Below, piece by piece: positions 39,568 to 49,942 of a DNA stretch of 64,000 nucleotides (its first letter is position 1; each line of letters opens with the position of its first letter). The notes below the pieces were generated by a model that saw only the letters and a program-made list of their open reading frames with translations, did not search any database and was not told where the DNA came from. This DNA is from Macrostomum lignano. Its lineage: Eukaryota. The stretch is from positions 620,001 through 684,000 of the forward strand of contig NIVC01000292.1 of NCBI GenBank assembly GCA_002269645.1. Reading direction: 5' to 3'. Both the position numbers and the translations under genes were made by a program.

Positions 39568-41868
39568 ATGGCGCGGCGCAATCCAACGGTACACAGAGAC
39601 ATCAAAGAAACGGTCGGTACCTTCTCGATGGAGAAAGATTTTAACACATTTGTCGACCACTTTGACCTGGTATGTAGGGAATACAACCTACAAAATCCAG
39701 AGAAGGCACAGCTGCTGCCACCTCTTCTCCAAGGTACTGCGCGAGAAATTTACGGCAAGCTGGATGCAGCAACACAGCAAAATTATCCAGCACTAATCAT
39801 TCAACTGCGCGCGCATTTCAACCGTTGCGGCACAAACAGATCAGTGCTGCTGCACAAGTTGCATAACAGAAGGATGCAAGCAACAGAATCCTTCCTCGCC
39901 TTTGTGGACGATATCCGCCAGATAATTAAGGCACTGCATCAGCCACCGCTGCAAGCGGCGGACCAACCGCCACTGGGAGCGGCAGAATTGGCCGCCAGAG
40001 AAAGACAACGATTGATGGATCGCGAACAAAACCTCATCCTGCACGTAATAAACAACGCACAGCCGTCACTTCGGGATAGACTTTTGCGTGAAAATATCGA
40101 AACCGAAGAAGACCTTTTGCGGTGCGGAATGCAATGGGAAGCCAGTGCCCCATTAATGACGACAGGCAACAATGAAGTGCAGAAACTGACGCAGCAATTA
40201 AACAAATTAATGCAGCACCAGACAGCTGCTATCGCCGAACAAAAAAGACGAAATGAACGAGCCTCAGCCAGATGTTACTACTGCGGACGAGAAGGACATT
40301 ATCAGATTAATTGTCCCCATTGGTCGACAAGATACGACAAGCCACGACAGACATTCAGCAATCAAAAGCCGCAGAAACCATGGCAGCAATATCAAAATCG
40401 CCAACAAGACATGAGACGCTTCGGAAAGGATGGCCGCTTCGGAAATGATGGCCGCTACGGAAATGACGGCCGCTTCAGAAATGATGGCTACAGGCCACGC
40501 AATGCCAGGTACGCACAAAGACAGCCAACGCAAGCAATGCCACGATACGCGAATGCCATCACGTACACACCGGAAAATGAGCAGCAGGAACAGCAAGTGT
40601 TCACAATTGACGACTTGGAAATGGACTTCACAGTCCCGGAACTTGACATCAGCTTGATCGAAAAGAAGACGACGCACGAGGACAACACTGACAACACAGA
40701 AGAGGCGAATGAAACCGAAATGATCGAATTAAAAGAGACCACCGGAGACAGCAGAGAAAACAGGAAGAAAGTAAATCACAAAAAAAGGGAGGAGGCGGAG
40801 AGCGACACCGGCAACGAAGAAAAGATGAAGACTGGCAGACAAAACAACTATGAATCGACAACAGTGGATGACAACAAAACAAGCACGAAAGACAAAGAAA
40901 TGAGGGAAGAAGAAGAATGTATAAGTTACGGCAACGATCACGACTGCGAGGTGCATGATGGCACGAGCGGATACCGAGCCGAAGAAGGAATACAGGAAGA
41001 ACTGAGAGCGGAAAATCTAAGCTCCGACAGCGATCAAGGCTACGAAATACAATGGAAAGATGAAGAAATGGAAAAAGAACAAATGAAAGAAAAGCCGAGT
41101 TCCGACAGCGACGAATGCTACGAGATCCGATACAAACGAAATGGTGAAGCCTATATTCAAACGGTCGACTACAAGGCAGAGAAAAGATACCAAACGCAAT
41201 GGAGTGAAACAACGGAAACATCGGAAGAAGCTACAGACGAAGATACTGAAATAACCAAAGAGCAAAGCAAATCAGAAGCCTTCCGCCTGAATCAGCCAAT
41301 GGAACAACCGAAAGAATACGATGCGGACATGGAGGATAACGAATGGCAATCGCAGCCAATGCCAGCAAAGACAACGGCAAGGTCCAAGAAGTGGAAAAAC
41401 TGGCTGCTCTGGATCATCGTGATACTACTGATAGCAGTAGTCGCCAAAGCAACGGCAATGGAGAAACCAATGATATGTCCAACGGATGCGCATATCCAAC
41501 CAATGATCTACAAGATACCAACCGACATCAAATGCAGCTACTTCAAGACAAACCAGACGAAGCCAAAGAAGATCACAATTGATCTCTACAAAGCTAACAT
41601 CAAGAAGCATCGACAACTCGGAATAGTGTGCTTTAGAGACAAGCACCTAGTGGAAAAAGTTTGGCGAGGACAGTGGAACAGAATTCGATTTTGGCAACAC
41701 GAACTACATGTGTCGCACGCTGAATGTCTACAATGGAACCAAACACTGTTCTCAAAGGATGGTCAGCTAGAACCGGATGAGAAAGTGGGGAGGCACAACT
41801 TTACCGAACGAAGAACTCAGCAAACGGACGATATGTACACTTTTCGGAAGCATGGACTAACTACATGA
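39568..41868 (+). CDS. gag: Gag (capsid, one CCHC knuckle, acidic linker) fused in frame to a signal/TM segment and the envelope N-terminus
   Basis: CYYCGREGHYQINC (40273-40314); hydrophobic WLLWIIVILLIAVVAKATA (41401-41457) followed by a Cys-containing ectodomain with NQT sequons. Confidence 0.9.
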   Translation: MARRNPTVHRDIKETVGTFSMEKDFNTFVDHFDLVCREYNLQNPEKAQLLPPLLQGTAREIYGKLDAATQQNYPALIIQLRAHFNRCGTNRSVLLHKLHNRRMQATESFLAFVDDIRQIIKALHQPPLQAADQPPLGAAELAARERQRLMDREQNLILHVINNAQPSLRDRLLRENIETEEDLLRCGMQWEASAPLMTTGNNEVQKLTQQLNKLMQHQTAAIAEQKRRNERASARCYYCGREGHYQINCPHWSTRYDKPRQTFSNQKPQKPWQQYQNRQQDMRRFGKDGRFGNDGRYGNDGRFRNDGYRPRNARYAQRQPTQAMPRYANAITYTPENEQQEQQVFTIDDLEMDFTVPELDISLIEKKTTHEDNTDNTEEANETEMIELKETTGDSRENRKKVNHKKREEAESDTGNEEKMKTGRQNNYESTTVDDNKTSTKDKEMREEEECISYGNDHDCEVHDGTSGYRAEEGIQEELRAENLSSDSDQGYEIQWKDEEMEKEQMKEKPSSDSDECYEIRYKRNGEAYIQTVDYKAEKRYQTQWSETTETSEEATDEDTEITKEQSKSEAFRLNQPMEQPKEYDADMEDNEWQSQPMPAKTTARSKKWKNWLLWIIVILLIAVVAKATAMEKPMICPTDAHIQPMIYKIPTDIKCSYFKTNQTKPKKITIDLYKANIKKHRQLGIVCFRDKHLVEKVWRGQWNRIRFWQHELHVSHAECLQWNQTLFSKDGQLEPDEKVGRHNFTERRTQQTDDMYTFRKHGLTT

Positions 41869-43346
41869 CACGAAACAGTTACCTAATCAGGAATATTCCA
41901 TTCTATCACAATCCTTTTGAAAAAATGGAGTCGCTACAACTGCAATTAAGCGACTGCCGATACAGCAAAGGATGGTGTCCAACGCCGATACTGCGGAATG
42001 AGGAACTATACAGCTTACCGTTGAGTCCAACATATCATCAAGACTATCGATGGCAAATTATACGCAGAGGCGACTCACGATATGAAGAACCATCTAAGTC
42101 ACGACAATACTTCTTCGCGTGGGAAGTTGAGCCGGAAATTGACTGCAAGCTTCAAAAGTATCACACAGTTGAAGGAGGACTACTGTCAAATACGTTTTTG
42201 GCAAAGTCAGGAGACTTGGCACTGACGTTTCAAAAGAAACCAGTCGAGCAAAAACTGAAATGCAAGGATACAGACAAGACACTATTCATCTCGGAACAAG
42301 AGATACCAGTCTACGTAAAAGATGACGACAAACAAACCTTTCTGGCGATCATCAACGGAACGTATCAACAGCAGGAACAACAGAACAGACGACGACGTGA
42401 CATCGAACGTCCCAAACTGGTGTCAAACCGACTACTGTCAGCAAAGATAACGGCTTTGGATCACAATCTACACAACCAGTTAAACCACTTGCATCGAACA
42501 CTGGTCCAGCTAACTTGCAAAATGCACGCAATCAACTTAAATTATGCCAGACAAAACTACTATGTCAACCCTACGATGACTTTTCGTAAAATCACCGGAA
42601 TGACGAACGTTTTGGCAGTTCCAATATACGAGCATCTGTTAATATACAAGTGCACGCCGATACAGCACTTTAACATCTTGCCGTCGAACACGTCAACAAC
42701 CTGCTACGACAAGCCAAGGATTGAAGCGTTCTACGAAGGAAAACGAATTCAGGGATTCTTGGACACGGTACACAACATCATCGTTGGCACCGCAATACCG
42801 AGACCTTGCACCACGGCAGCAAACTACTATCAACTGGACAATGCACTACACGTCATCAAAACAACTGGAACGACAGCAAACGTCACAGAACCGGAAGTAA
42901 TCGTCGACGAAAACTACGACATGGAGGATTTGAAAATCCGATTCAACAGAACGAAGTATACGCCATTCGCCGATATCCAACTTGACGAGATAACACCAGG
43001 ATGGACGATCAACGACTTCTTGCAAGCGTTCATCACCCAACGCAAGATGATTCACCAGCTGTTCACAAGAAAGGACAAAGGAACCGGGACAGGAAGATTT
43101 CCCGTCCTTGTTTCAATGGACAGCGCCATCAAATCATTTTGGACAAATAGCTTCTGGGAGCTGCTCAATGGAAGAGGCAGTCTCTATCAAGGATTCATCT
43201 TCTACGGTGCTTGCATTGTGTGGATTGTCACGGCAATCTTCATCATTTCATCGATCGTACGGTGCTTCAGTCAAACTTGTCCAAGAGCTAAGAAGACAGT
43301 GAATGCCATAATGCAAAGAACGACAACGGAAGCGACAACAGTTTAG
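41781..43346 (+). CDS. env: Envelope glycoprotein, class III (gB/chuvirus-like), central and C-terminal part
   Basis: Frame open from 41781; DCRYSKGWC, furin-type RRRR (42387-42398), long helix then NPT..RK..G...V.A......L.I.KC (gB domain III/IV-like), CYDKP...GFLD, several N-X-S/T, TM FIFYGACIVWIVTAIFIISSIV. Confidence 0.8.
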   Translation, partial: ESGEAQLYRTKNSANGRYVHFSEAWTNYMTRNSYLIRNIPFYHNPFEKMESLQLQLSDCRYSKGWCPTPILRNEELYSLPLSPTYHQDYRWQIIRRGDSRYEEPSKSRQYFFAWEVEPEIDCKLQKYHTVEGGLLSNTFLAKSGDLALTFQKKPVEQKLKCKDTDKTLFISEQEIPVYVKDDDKQTFLAIINGTYQQQEQQNRRRRDIERPKLVSNRLLSAKITALDHNLHNQLNHLHRTLVQLTCKMHAINLNYARQNYYVNPTMTFRKITGMTNVLAVPIYEHLLIYKCTPIQHFNILPSNTSTTCYDKPRIEAFYEGKRIQGFLDTVHNIIVGTAIPRPCTTAANYYQLDNALHVIKTTGTTANVTEPEVIVDENYDMEDLKIRFNRTKYTPFADIQLDEITPGWTINDFLQAFITQRKMIHQLFTRKDKGTGTGRFPVLVSMDSAIKSFWTNSFWELLNGRGSLYQGFIFYGACIVWIVTAIFIISSIVRCFSQTCPRAKKTVNAIMQRTTTEATTV

Positions 43347-46300
43347 AACTAACAGAAACTGCACATTGTGAGGTTCAAGGGCAACCGACACTAGCAACGC
43401 GGCTATATCCATCGATTCCGACAACACCAACGGCACCAAGGATACAACCACCCAACTATCAAGCAGAACAGCACGAGCCAAAATGGCCGGAAAACTACGT
43501 CTGTACGCTACACGCCGAGATTGGCAAAGCAATGGCTCAGGTCATTGTCAACAACTTGCCATGTCGAGCACTACTGGATTCAGGCAGCTCGATCACAGTC
43601 ATCTCGCAACAATTATGCAACAAGCTACGACTCGCGGTACGACCAGCAGCAATCGCAGTTGCAGGAGCAGGAGGACATTCACTCAACATCCTAGGAAAAG
43701 CAGATATCGACTTGAAAATTGCTAATAAACAGCTGACGGTCCCGACGTACATCATCGACAGACTACCAAACCAAGACGTCATCGTTGGAATCGACACGTT
43801 CAAGCAGCTTCAACTACCATTGACCTTCGACTTCAACAAGCAAACGTTTAGGATCGACACGGTGGAGCAACCGCTGATCAACCAGATTCGAGTACTACCG
43901 AAAGTAACTCTGCAGCAAGATGTCATTATCCAGCCTGAAAGCGCATGCTGGGTCAGAGCGAAAACGACCAGCGCGGCAGATGAAGCAATGATATTTGATC
44001 CACACAGGAGAGTCACGGCAAAACATCAAATCATGATGCCTACGGCACTAGTGCTGGTTGCAAAGGATAAGCAACTGCCAGTACAAATCTTCAACCCGAA
44101 CACAGAAACGGTTCATCTACGACAAGGAATGTGCATCGGTCATCTCAACACCCAAGCATCGGTTATGCTGATTGAACAAGCGACTCCACGACTAACAGAG
44201 GAAGAATTTCAAAAGAAGATCAATTTGGATGACAGCCCGATTACGGAACAGCAAAAGAGGAAAGTTCGACAGCTGTTGTGGAAGTACAACGAAGCCTTCT
44301 GCCATCATGATTACGACATCGGACGAGCCAAGGACATCAAACAGGAAATCAAACTTCTGCCGCACACGGAACCAATTCAGTGCAAGCCGTACCCGATCGC
44401 CAAGCATCTGCAACAACACTTTGACGAAATCATCGATAAAATGCTAAAGCACGGCATCATCAGCAAAGCTATTTCGGCTTACTCCTCACCGTGCCTACTG
44501 GTACAAAGAAGGAGACAAACGAAAGACGACTCGTATGCGACTTCAGACTGTTGAACAAGTACATACCGACGGATCAGCAAAGCCTACCGAAGATCTCCGA
44601 ACTACTAGCAAAGCTCAACACGGCAAAATTGTTCACGGTGTTCGACCTACGTCATGGATTTTGGCAAATTGAAATCGAGAAAGAGTCACGACAGTACACG
44701 GCTTTCAAAACCTACAATGGACAAGTATACGAGTACAATCGATCGCCGATGGGACTCAGCAACAGCCCAGCAACGATGAGCCGACTAACAGCATACATGC
44801 TTGCAGGATGCACGAACCTGTTGCACTATGTTGACGACATCTTGGCCCACGGAGAAGACTTCGAACGACTCTATGAAGCGACGGAGAAGGCCCTCGCGCT
44901 TATACAACGTCAAGGTCTGAAGCTACAACCACTAAATGCAAATTCTTCCGAGACAACGTGCGTTACCTGGACATCAGGTGACAGCCAAAGGAATCTCACC
45001 GGACCCAGACAACGTGGAAAAGGTGAAGAAGTTTCCTACGCCAACCAGTATAACGAAGGTCCAATCATTCCTTGGACTTGCGCAATACTTCAGGAAGTTC
45101 TTACCTAACTTCGCAAAGACAGCAAAGCCACTGTACGACCTGCTCAAGTTCGACAAATGGAAGCAAGACAACTGGACACAGAGACAACAGGAAAGTTTCG
45201 ACGAAATCAAACGACAGCTGACATCAGACGCACTGCTACAGCATCCGGACTTCGACAAGCCCTTCATCATCGAGACAGACGCCTCAGGAACGGGACTCGG
45301 AGCAGTCCTACTACAGGAAACCGAGGACAAGAAGGAACGACCTATTGCTTACGTCAGTCGAGCACTCAAACCAAATGAGACAAAGTGGTCAGCTACGGAA
45401 CGAGAGCTACTAGGAGTCTTGTTCGCCCTGCGACAGTTTCATTACTACATCTATGGTTCTCCAATACAGACGATAGTACGCACGGATCATGCACCATTGA
45501 CCTACGTCGTAACTACAAAAGGACAGACCAACAACCGACTCATCAGGATGACACTCAAGATCCAGGATTACAACTACAAACTCGTCTACAAACCAGGAAT
45601 TACCAACAAAGCCGCGGACGCCCTGTCAAGAGCCTATGAAGTCAACGCCATTCATCCAATCCCTAACATCAAGGAGTTGGTGGATGAAACCGAGCGCGAC
45701 AACTTCTACCAAGCGGTTAAAGACGACGACAAGAACATCAAACTTAGCCCCATGGAACGAAAGTTCCTACGCAAGCAACGACAACACCTAACAATCAATA
45801 AGTCACGGCTCTACTGGATGAGCGACAATAAACCCAAGATCTACATACCATATTCGTTTCGGCAAGCAATTCTCAACGAGCTACACGACAACCCACTCGC
45901 TGGACACCTGTCGGCAGCAAAGACCATCGCGAGAGTGGAACAATACTACTTTTGGCCAACTATGTACGGCGACATCAAGCAGTATTGCAACAACTGCCAT
46001 TCATGTGCTGCATCAAAGACAGGACGACGACAGAAACCGCAGCTACAGTCCATTCCGAAGTCGACTACAATGGACTGTCTAAGCATCGACATCACCGGAC
46101 CACTGCCACCGAGCTGTCTCCAGGGCATCGCCTACACCTACATTCTAACCGCCTTGGATATCTTCTCGAAGTTTGCTATCGCCATACCGATACCGGACAT
46201 CACAGCTCAGACAGTGGCAATGAGTTTCTTCAACGAAATCATTTGCAAGTACGGCACGCCGAAGAACCTCACATCGGACAACGGATCGCAGTTTACATCG

Positions 46301-47038
46301 CAACTGTTTCAGCAAGTCGTAAGGATTCTCAACATTACGCAGATCTACACATCGACCTACAATCCGAAGGCAAACATGGTTGAACGGTTTCACCGCAACC
46401 TGCACGAGATGATTACACATTTCGCGCACCAACAGCCGGAAGACTGGATCATCTACCTGCAATCTGTAACAATGGCCTACAACAGCGCTATTCATCGATC
46501 AACGGACAATACGCCATTCTTCCTAATGTTTGGACGAGACTTCCAACCGCCGAATCTGCTCGCACAGCAATTGCTACCATCGCAGTACGTGGAAGTACCG
46601 ACTTCCATTCAGAAATTCGTCACGCAACTACACCTCGCATGGAAGATCGCCAAGCACAACATTGACAACCAGGTGGCTCTGACCACCGGCAACGACGCGA
46701 GATCGACAACCCTGACGGCCGGCGACATCGTTTACCTACACTACCCGCCGCAGCAGACGCATAAACATGCACAGAAGTATAAAGGACCCTATCGAGTGGT
46801 CCAACTAACGTCACCGACAACGGCACGCCTGGCTAATGTACAAGATCCACATCAGCACCAGTTCTACGTACACATTCATCGACTAAAGAAGATCAACACT
46901 GACACCGCGACGTTTCTACCGACATTAGACAACGCTGATCGCACGCGTTCAACGAACCGCCACATCGCGACGAAGCACGAGGAGACTCAAACGACAGATG
47001 TGAGCCAGCCACATGGCTACAACCTACGACCACGCTAG
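43292..47038 (+). CDS. pol: Pol (PR, RT, RNase H, integrase) broken by three single-base frameshifts
   Basis: LDSGSS; YSSPCLLV; FDLRHGFWQI; YVDD; ETDASG, TERELLG, TDHAPL, ADALSR; H-x6-H...C-x2-C; IDITGP, SDNGSQF, VERFH; GPY/F motif KGPYRV. Confidence 0.95.
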
Positions 47039-47158
47039 AGTTTAGAGAACAACCCCGTGTAGTGACCGGGATAAAGAATAGCACTACAGCTTCGCAAGCT
47101 TGTCGTAAAAGGCGACTAATCCGAGCGACACAAAGACAGCGACAAATTGACAACAATT

Positions 47159-47533
47159 ATGGGCAACGCACTGTCGAAACAGGCGCCCCAGCCTCAGCAG
47201 CTATATGACTGCCCGATATGTTTAACTGATGACTTGGCTGTCAAGCCACCGACTATTTGCATCAACGAACATAAAGTTTGCGGACAATGTTTAAGCGATT
47301 CACATTATATTCAGCCATGGCAGAATTGTCCCCTCTGTAGAGATAGTTTGCGACAATGTGCCTATTGTTATTCTTGGCGCACGTTTCAATATTGTAACCA
47401 CCAACATTTTATTTGCATGCACTGTTTGAAGCAAACCGCTAGTAGGGGCGTTATAGGATGCCCCTTATGTAATAGTATGCCGCGAGACTGCACGTTTCGA
47501 AAGTGGTGTCGGATCAAACCTGATGCCACTTGA
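47159..47533 (+). CDS. 124-aa N-myristoylation-motif, tandem-RING protein inside the LTR element
   Basis: MGNALS; CPIC-x12-C-x3-H-x2-C-x2-C-x12-CPLC then CAYC-x8-C-x3-H-x2-C-x2-C-x11-CPLC. Confidence 0.8.
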   Translation: MGNALSKQAPQPQQLYDCPICLTDDLAVKPPTICINEHKVCGQCLSDSHYIQPWQNCPLCRDSLRQCAYCYSWRTFQYCNHQHFICMHCLKQTASRGVIGCPLCNSMPRDCTFRKWCRIKPDAT

Positions 47534-47712
47534 TGTCTACGCGATATTCGAGTTTTGACCGCAATATGTACTGAAAAGTTTTTAGAGTTTTGACCAAACC
47601 CTCGCTTCACTAGACGCGCACAAAATCAATTGTTTATTTCCTATATTAACTGATCACCACAGAATTTTATTGTTAAAACTCGGGACGAGTTTTTTCGTAA
47701 AAAGGGAGATTT

Positions 47713-48568
47713 TGTAGAGTGTTCTACCTCCCGTTAAAAAAGGAAAAAAGAAGATAATCGTATAATACTACTATAAGTAAGTAAGTACACGCATGTGCGC
47801 CTAAGCTTTGAATGAATCACGCTACCAGAAAAAGATGTTACCAGAATAATACGCCATGAGCCATTTTCCCCTTTTAGCGCAACACGTGAATTGTCATGAT
47901 ACTATTTTGGATCAAAAACTTGTCTATAAATACAAGCGATCTGAAGCGGTACCGGAGCCATTCTCCCCACGGAAGAGGAGCGCTCCGAAGAGGAAGCCTT
48001 AGGAGGACTTCCTGATATACCAAGTCAATCGAGACTCGGTCGAGTTGTTGCGGTAAGCCTTCCTTATTTGCGCCGTTGTGTTAGAGACGTCTCGCTCAAG
48101 TCTATTGAGACTTGAGTCTATTTGAGTCTGTTGAGACTCTTGAGTCTGTTTAGACTCCATTGGTTGCAGTCTCCAGAAGGACTGCCCCTGATAGATCTTA
48201 GAGGACTATCAGTGGTTTCCGGAGCTATACCTAGAGTGCATAGAGGCACTGCTCGAAGAAGGAGGCTTAATTTAGACCGCAGTTTGGCGCAGGGATCCCT
48301 TTGTTAATTCGGAAGCTTCCCATTGGTCCGAGCGACAGAATCCGGCCGGAACTATTTGAAGAAGAAAGAAGAATCGGACCCGATCTACAAACGAAAGTCA
48401 GAAGTGACTATACGAGAGCAACTGAAGACAATCGAGAACTACTCCGAGAGATCTCCAAAGGACTCAAGGTAATTGAATACCTTCTGTTGACTTACTGGGT
48501 TGCCTAGCTGCTGAGCTAGAAGTGATTGTTCCTTGATTATCGAAAGTCGGGTAATAAGGAACACATCA
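47713..48568 (+). repeat. 3' LTR (856 bp)
   Basis: See 5' LTR. Confidence 0.97.
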
Positions 48569-48693
48569 CACTGACTCATGCCAATCTGTCACTCACTCAT
48601 GCCAATCTGCCACTCACTCATGCCAATCTGTCACTGACTCATGCCAATCTGTCACTGACTCATGCCAGTCTGTCACTGACTCATGCCAGTCTG

Positions 48694-49155
48694 TCACTGC
48701 AGAAATTTGTGCTCCAGCAGCTCCGCGGTGGCCGCTCGCCTCCTCGGCTCCCTCTGGACGCACCGTCCGTAGAAGTCCCTCAGCAGGGCGGAGGTCCCGG
48801 CCGGCAGCTGCGGCATGTCGTGGTTTCGAATCCTCAGCGGGATCTGCTGCCACATGAGCTGCCCATTCGGAGGCTTTATCTCCAGCATCTCGAACACGGA
48901 GCAGCCGAAAGCCCACACGTCAGTCTTGCGTGAGTACACGATTCTTCCGTCCTCACTGAACAGCTCAGGAGCCATGAAGTAGGGGGTGCCGCAATCCCTC
49001 TTGGTGCTGCGCATCGTGGCGAAGACCTCCTTGGCGAGACCGAAGTCGATCAGCTTGATGAGGCCCTCGTTGGTGAGCATCAAGTTGGAGCACTTGATGT
49101 CACGGTGCAGGGTGACGGGACTGCGGCTGTGCAGGAAGTGGAGCGCTGAGCAGAT
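48694..49155 (-). CDS. Ankyrin-kinase A, last exon (MAP3K/STE11-like Ser/Thr kinase C-lobe)
   Basis: [28 protein letters not shown]; acceptor actcacag. Confidence 0.93.
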   Translation of the reverse strand: MCSALHFLHSRSPVTLHRDIKCSNLMLTNEGLIKLIDFGLAKEVFATMRSTKRDCGTPYFMAPELFSEDGRIVYSRKTDVWAFGCSVFEMLEIKPPNGQLMWQQIPLRIRNHDMPQLPAGTSALLRDFYGRCVQREPRRRAATAELLEHKFLQ

Positions 49156-49176
49156 CTGTGAGTTGGGGAGCGAGTG

Positions 49177-49420
49177 AGCAGGGGTAGTGTGGGATCTGAG
49201 CTGCTTGGAGAAGTTTCTCACTGCTGCATGGGGTGGTGTGGGATCTGAGCTGCTTGGAGAAGTCCCTCACTGCTGCATGGGGTGGTGTGGGATCTGAGCT
49301 GCTTGGAGAAGTCCCTCACTGCTGCATGGGGTGGTGTGAGATCTGAGCTGCTTGGAGAAGTCCCTCACTGCTGCATGGGGTGGTGTGGGATCTCACTTGC
49401 TTGGAGAAGTCCCTCACTGC
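49177..49420. repeat. 49-bp exon/intron-junction minisatellite, 4 copies plus the original
   Basis: Unit = last ~24 nt of the exon plus the start of the intron. Confidence 0.92.
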
Positions 49421-49787
49421 TTCCTCATCGAAGGGCCGTCGCTGCAGCTGCATCAGCTCAGAGAGGCTGTGGCCGGAGATCAGCTCGGTGAAGATGCACA
49501 GCTTGCCCTTCTTGATGCGCTCAGACTTGAGGAACTGCACGATGTTCGGGTGCCGGATGGCCTTCAGGACGGAGATCTCCGCATTCTCCTTCTCGATGGC
49601 CTCGTCCATCAGCCTGGCGCTGCTGGCACCTTCCAGCCTGACGATCTTGACAGCCACAGTCTGGCGCTTATCGGTGAACGCCTTGTACACCTGGCCGAAG
49701 CCACCTGCTCCGAGCAGCTGCTTGTTGCCGTCACCATCGAGAAGGAAGTCCCAGCTGGAGAAGGCGGGGTCCAGAGACGGCCTCGCA
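49397..49787 (-). CDS. Ankyrin-kinase A, kinase N-lobe exon
   Basis: LGAGGFGQVY, VAVK, NAEISVLKAIRHPNIVQF. Confidence 0.92.
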
Positions 49788-49942
49788 CTGAAAGAGGAGA
49801 GGGTTGGGAGACTGAAGCACTGCGGGATTGCTGCAGAAATGGGGAACTGAGCAGGCAGGGAGAGTCTGTCAGGTGATCATTGTGAGCCACTCTTAGCTGA
49901 ACCAAATGCAATTTCTCAAGTGAAAAGTGGAAGACGGCCTGC

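Larger units (their letters stand above)
37997..48568 (+). mobile_element. Full-length env-bearing Ty3/Gypsy LTR retrotransposon (10,572 bp), order gag-env-pol-RING
   Basis: LTRs 37997-38853 and 47713-48568 (TGTAGAG...ACATCA); 4-bp TSD CACT; PBS TGGTGATCTCG at 38856; PPT AAAAAGGGAGA at 47699-47709; PR-RT-RH-IN order. Confidence 0.97.

Noticed and set aside
41781-43346. Programmed -1 frameshift signals at the gag/env and env/pol overlaps
   Set aside because: No canonical slippery heptamer found in either overlap; the same -1 pattern inside RT points to base deletions
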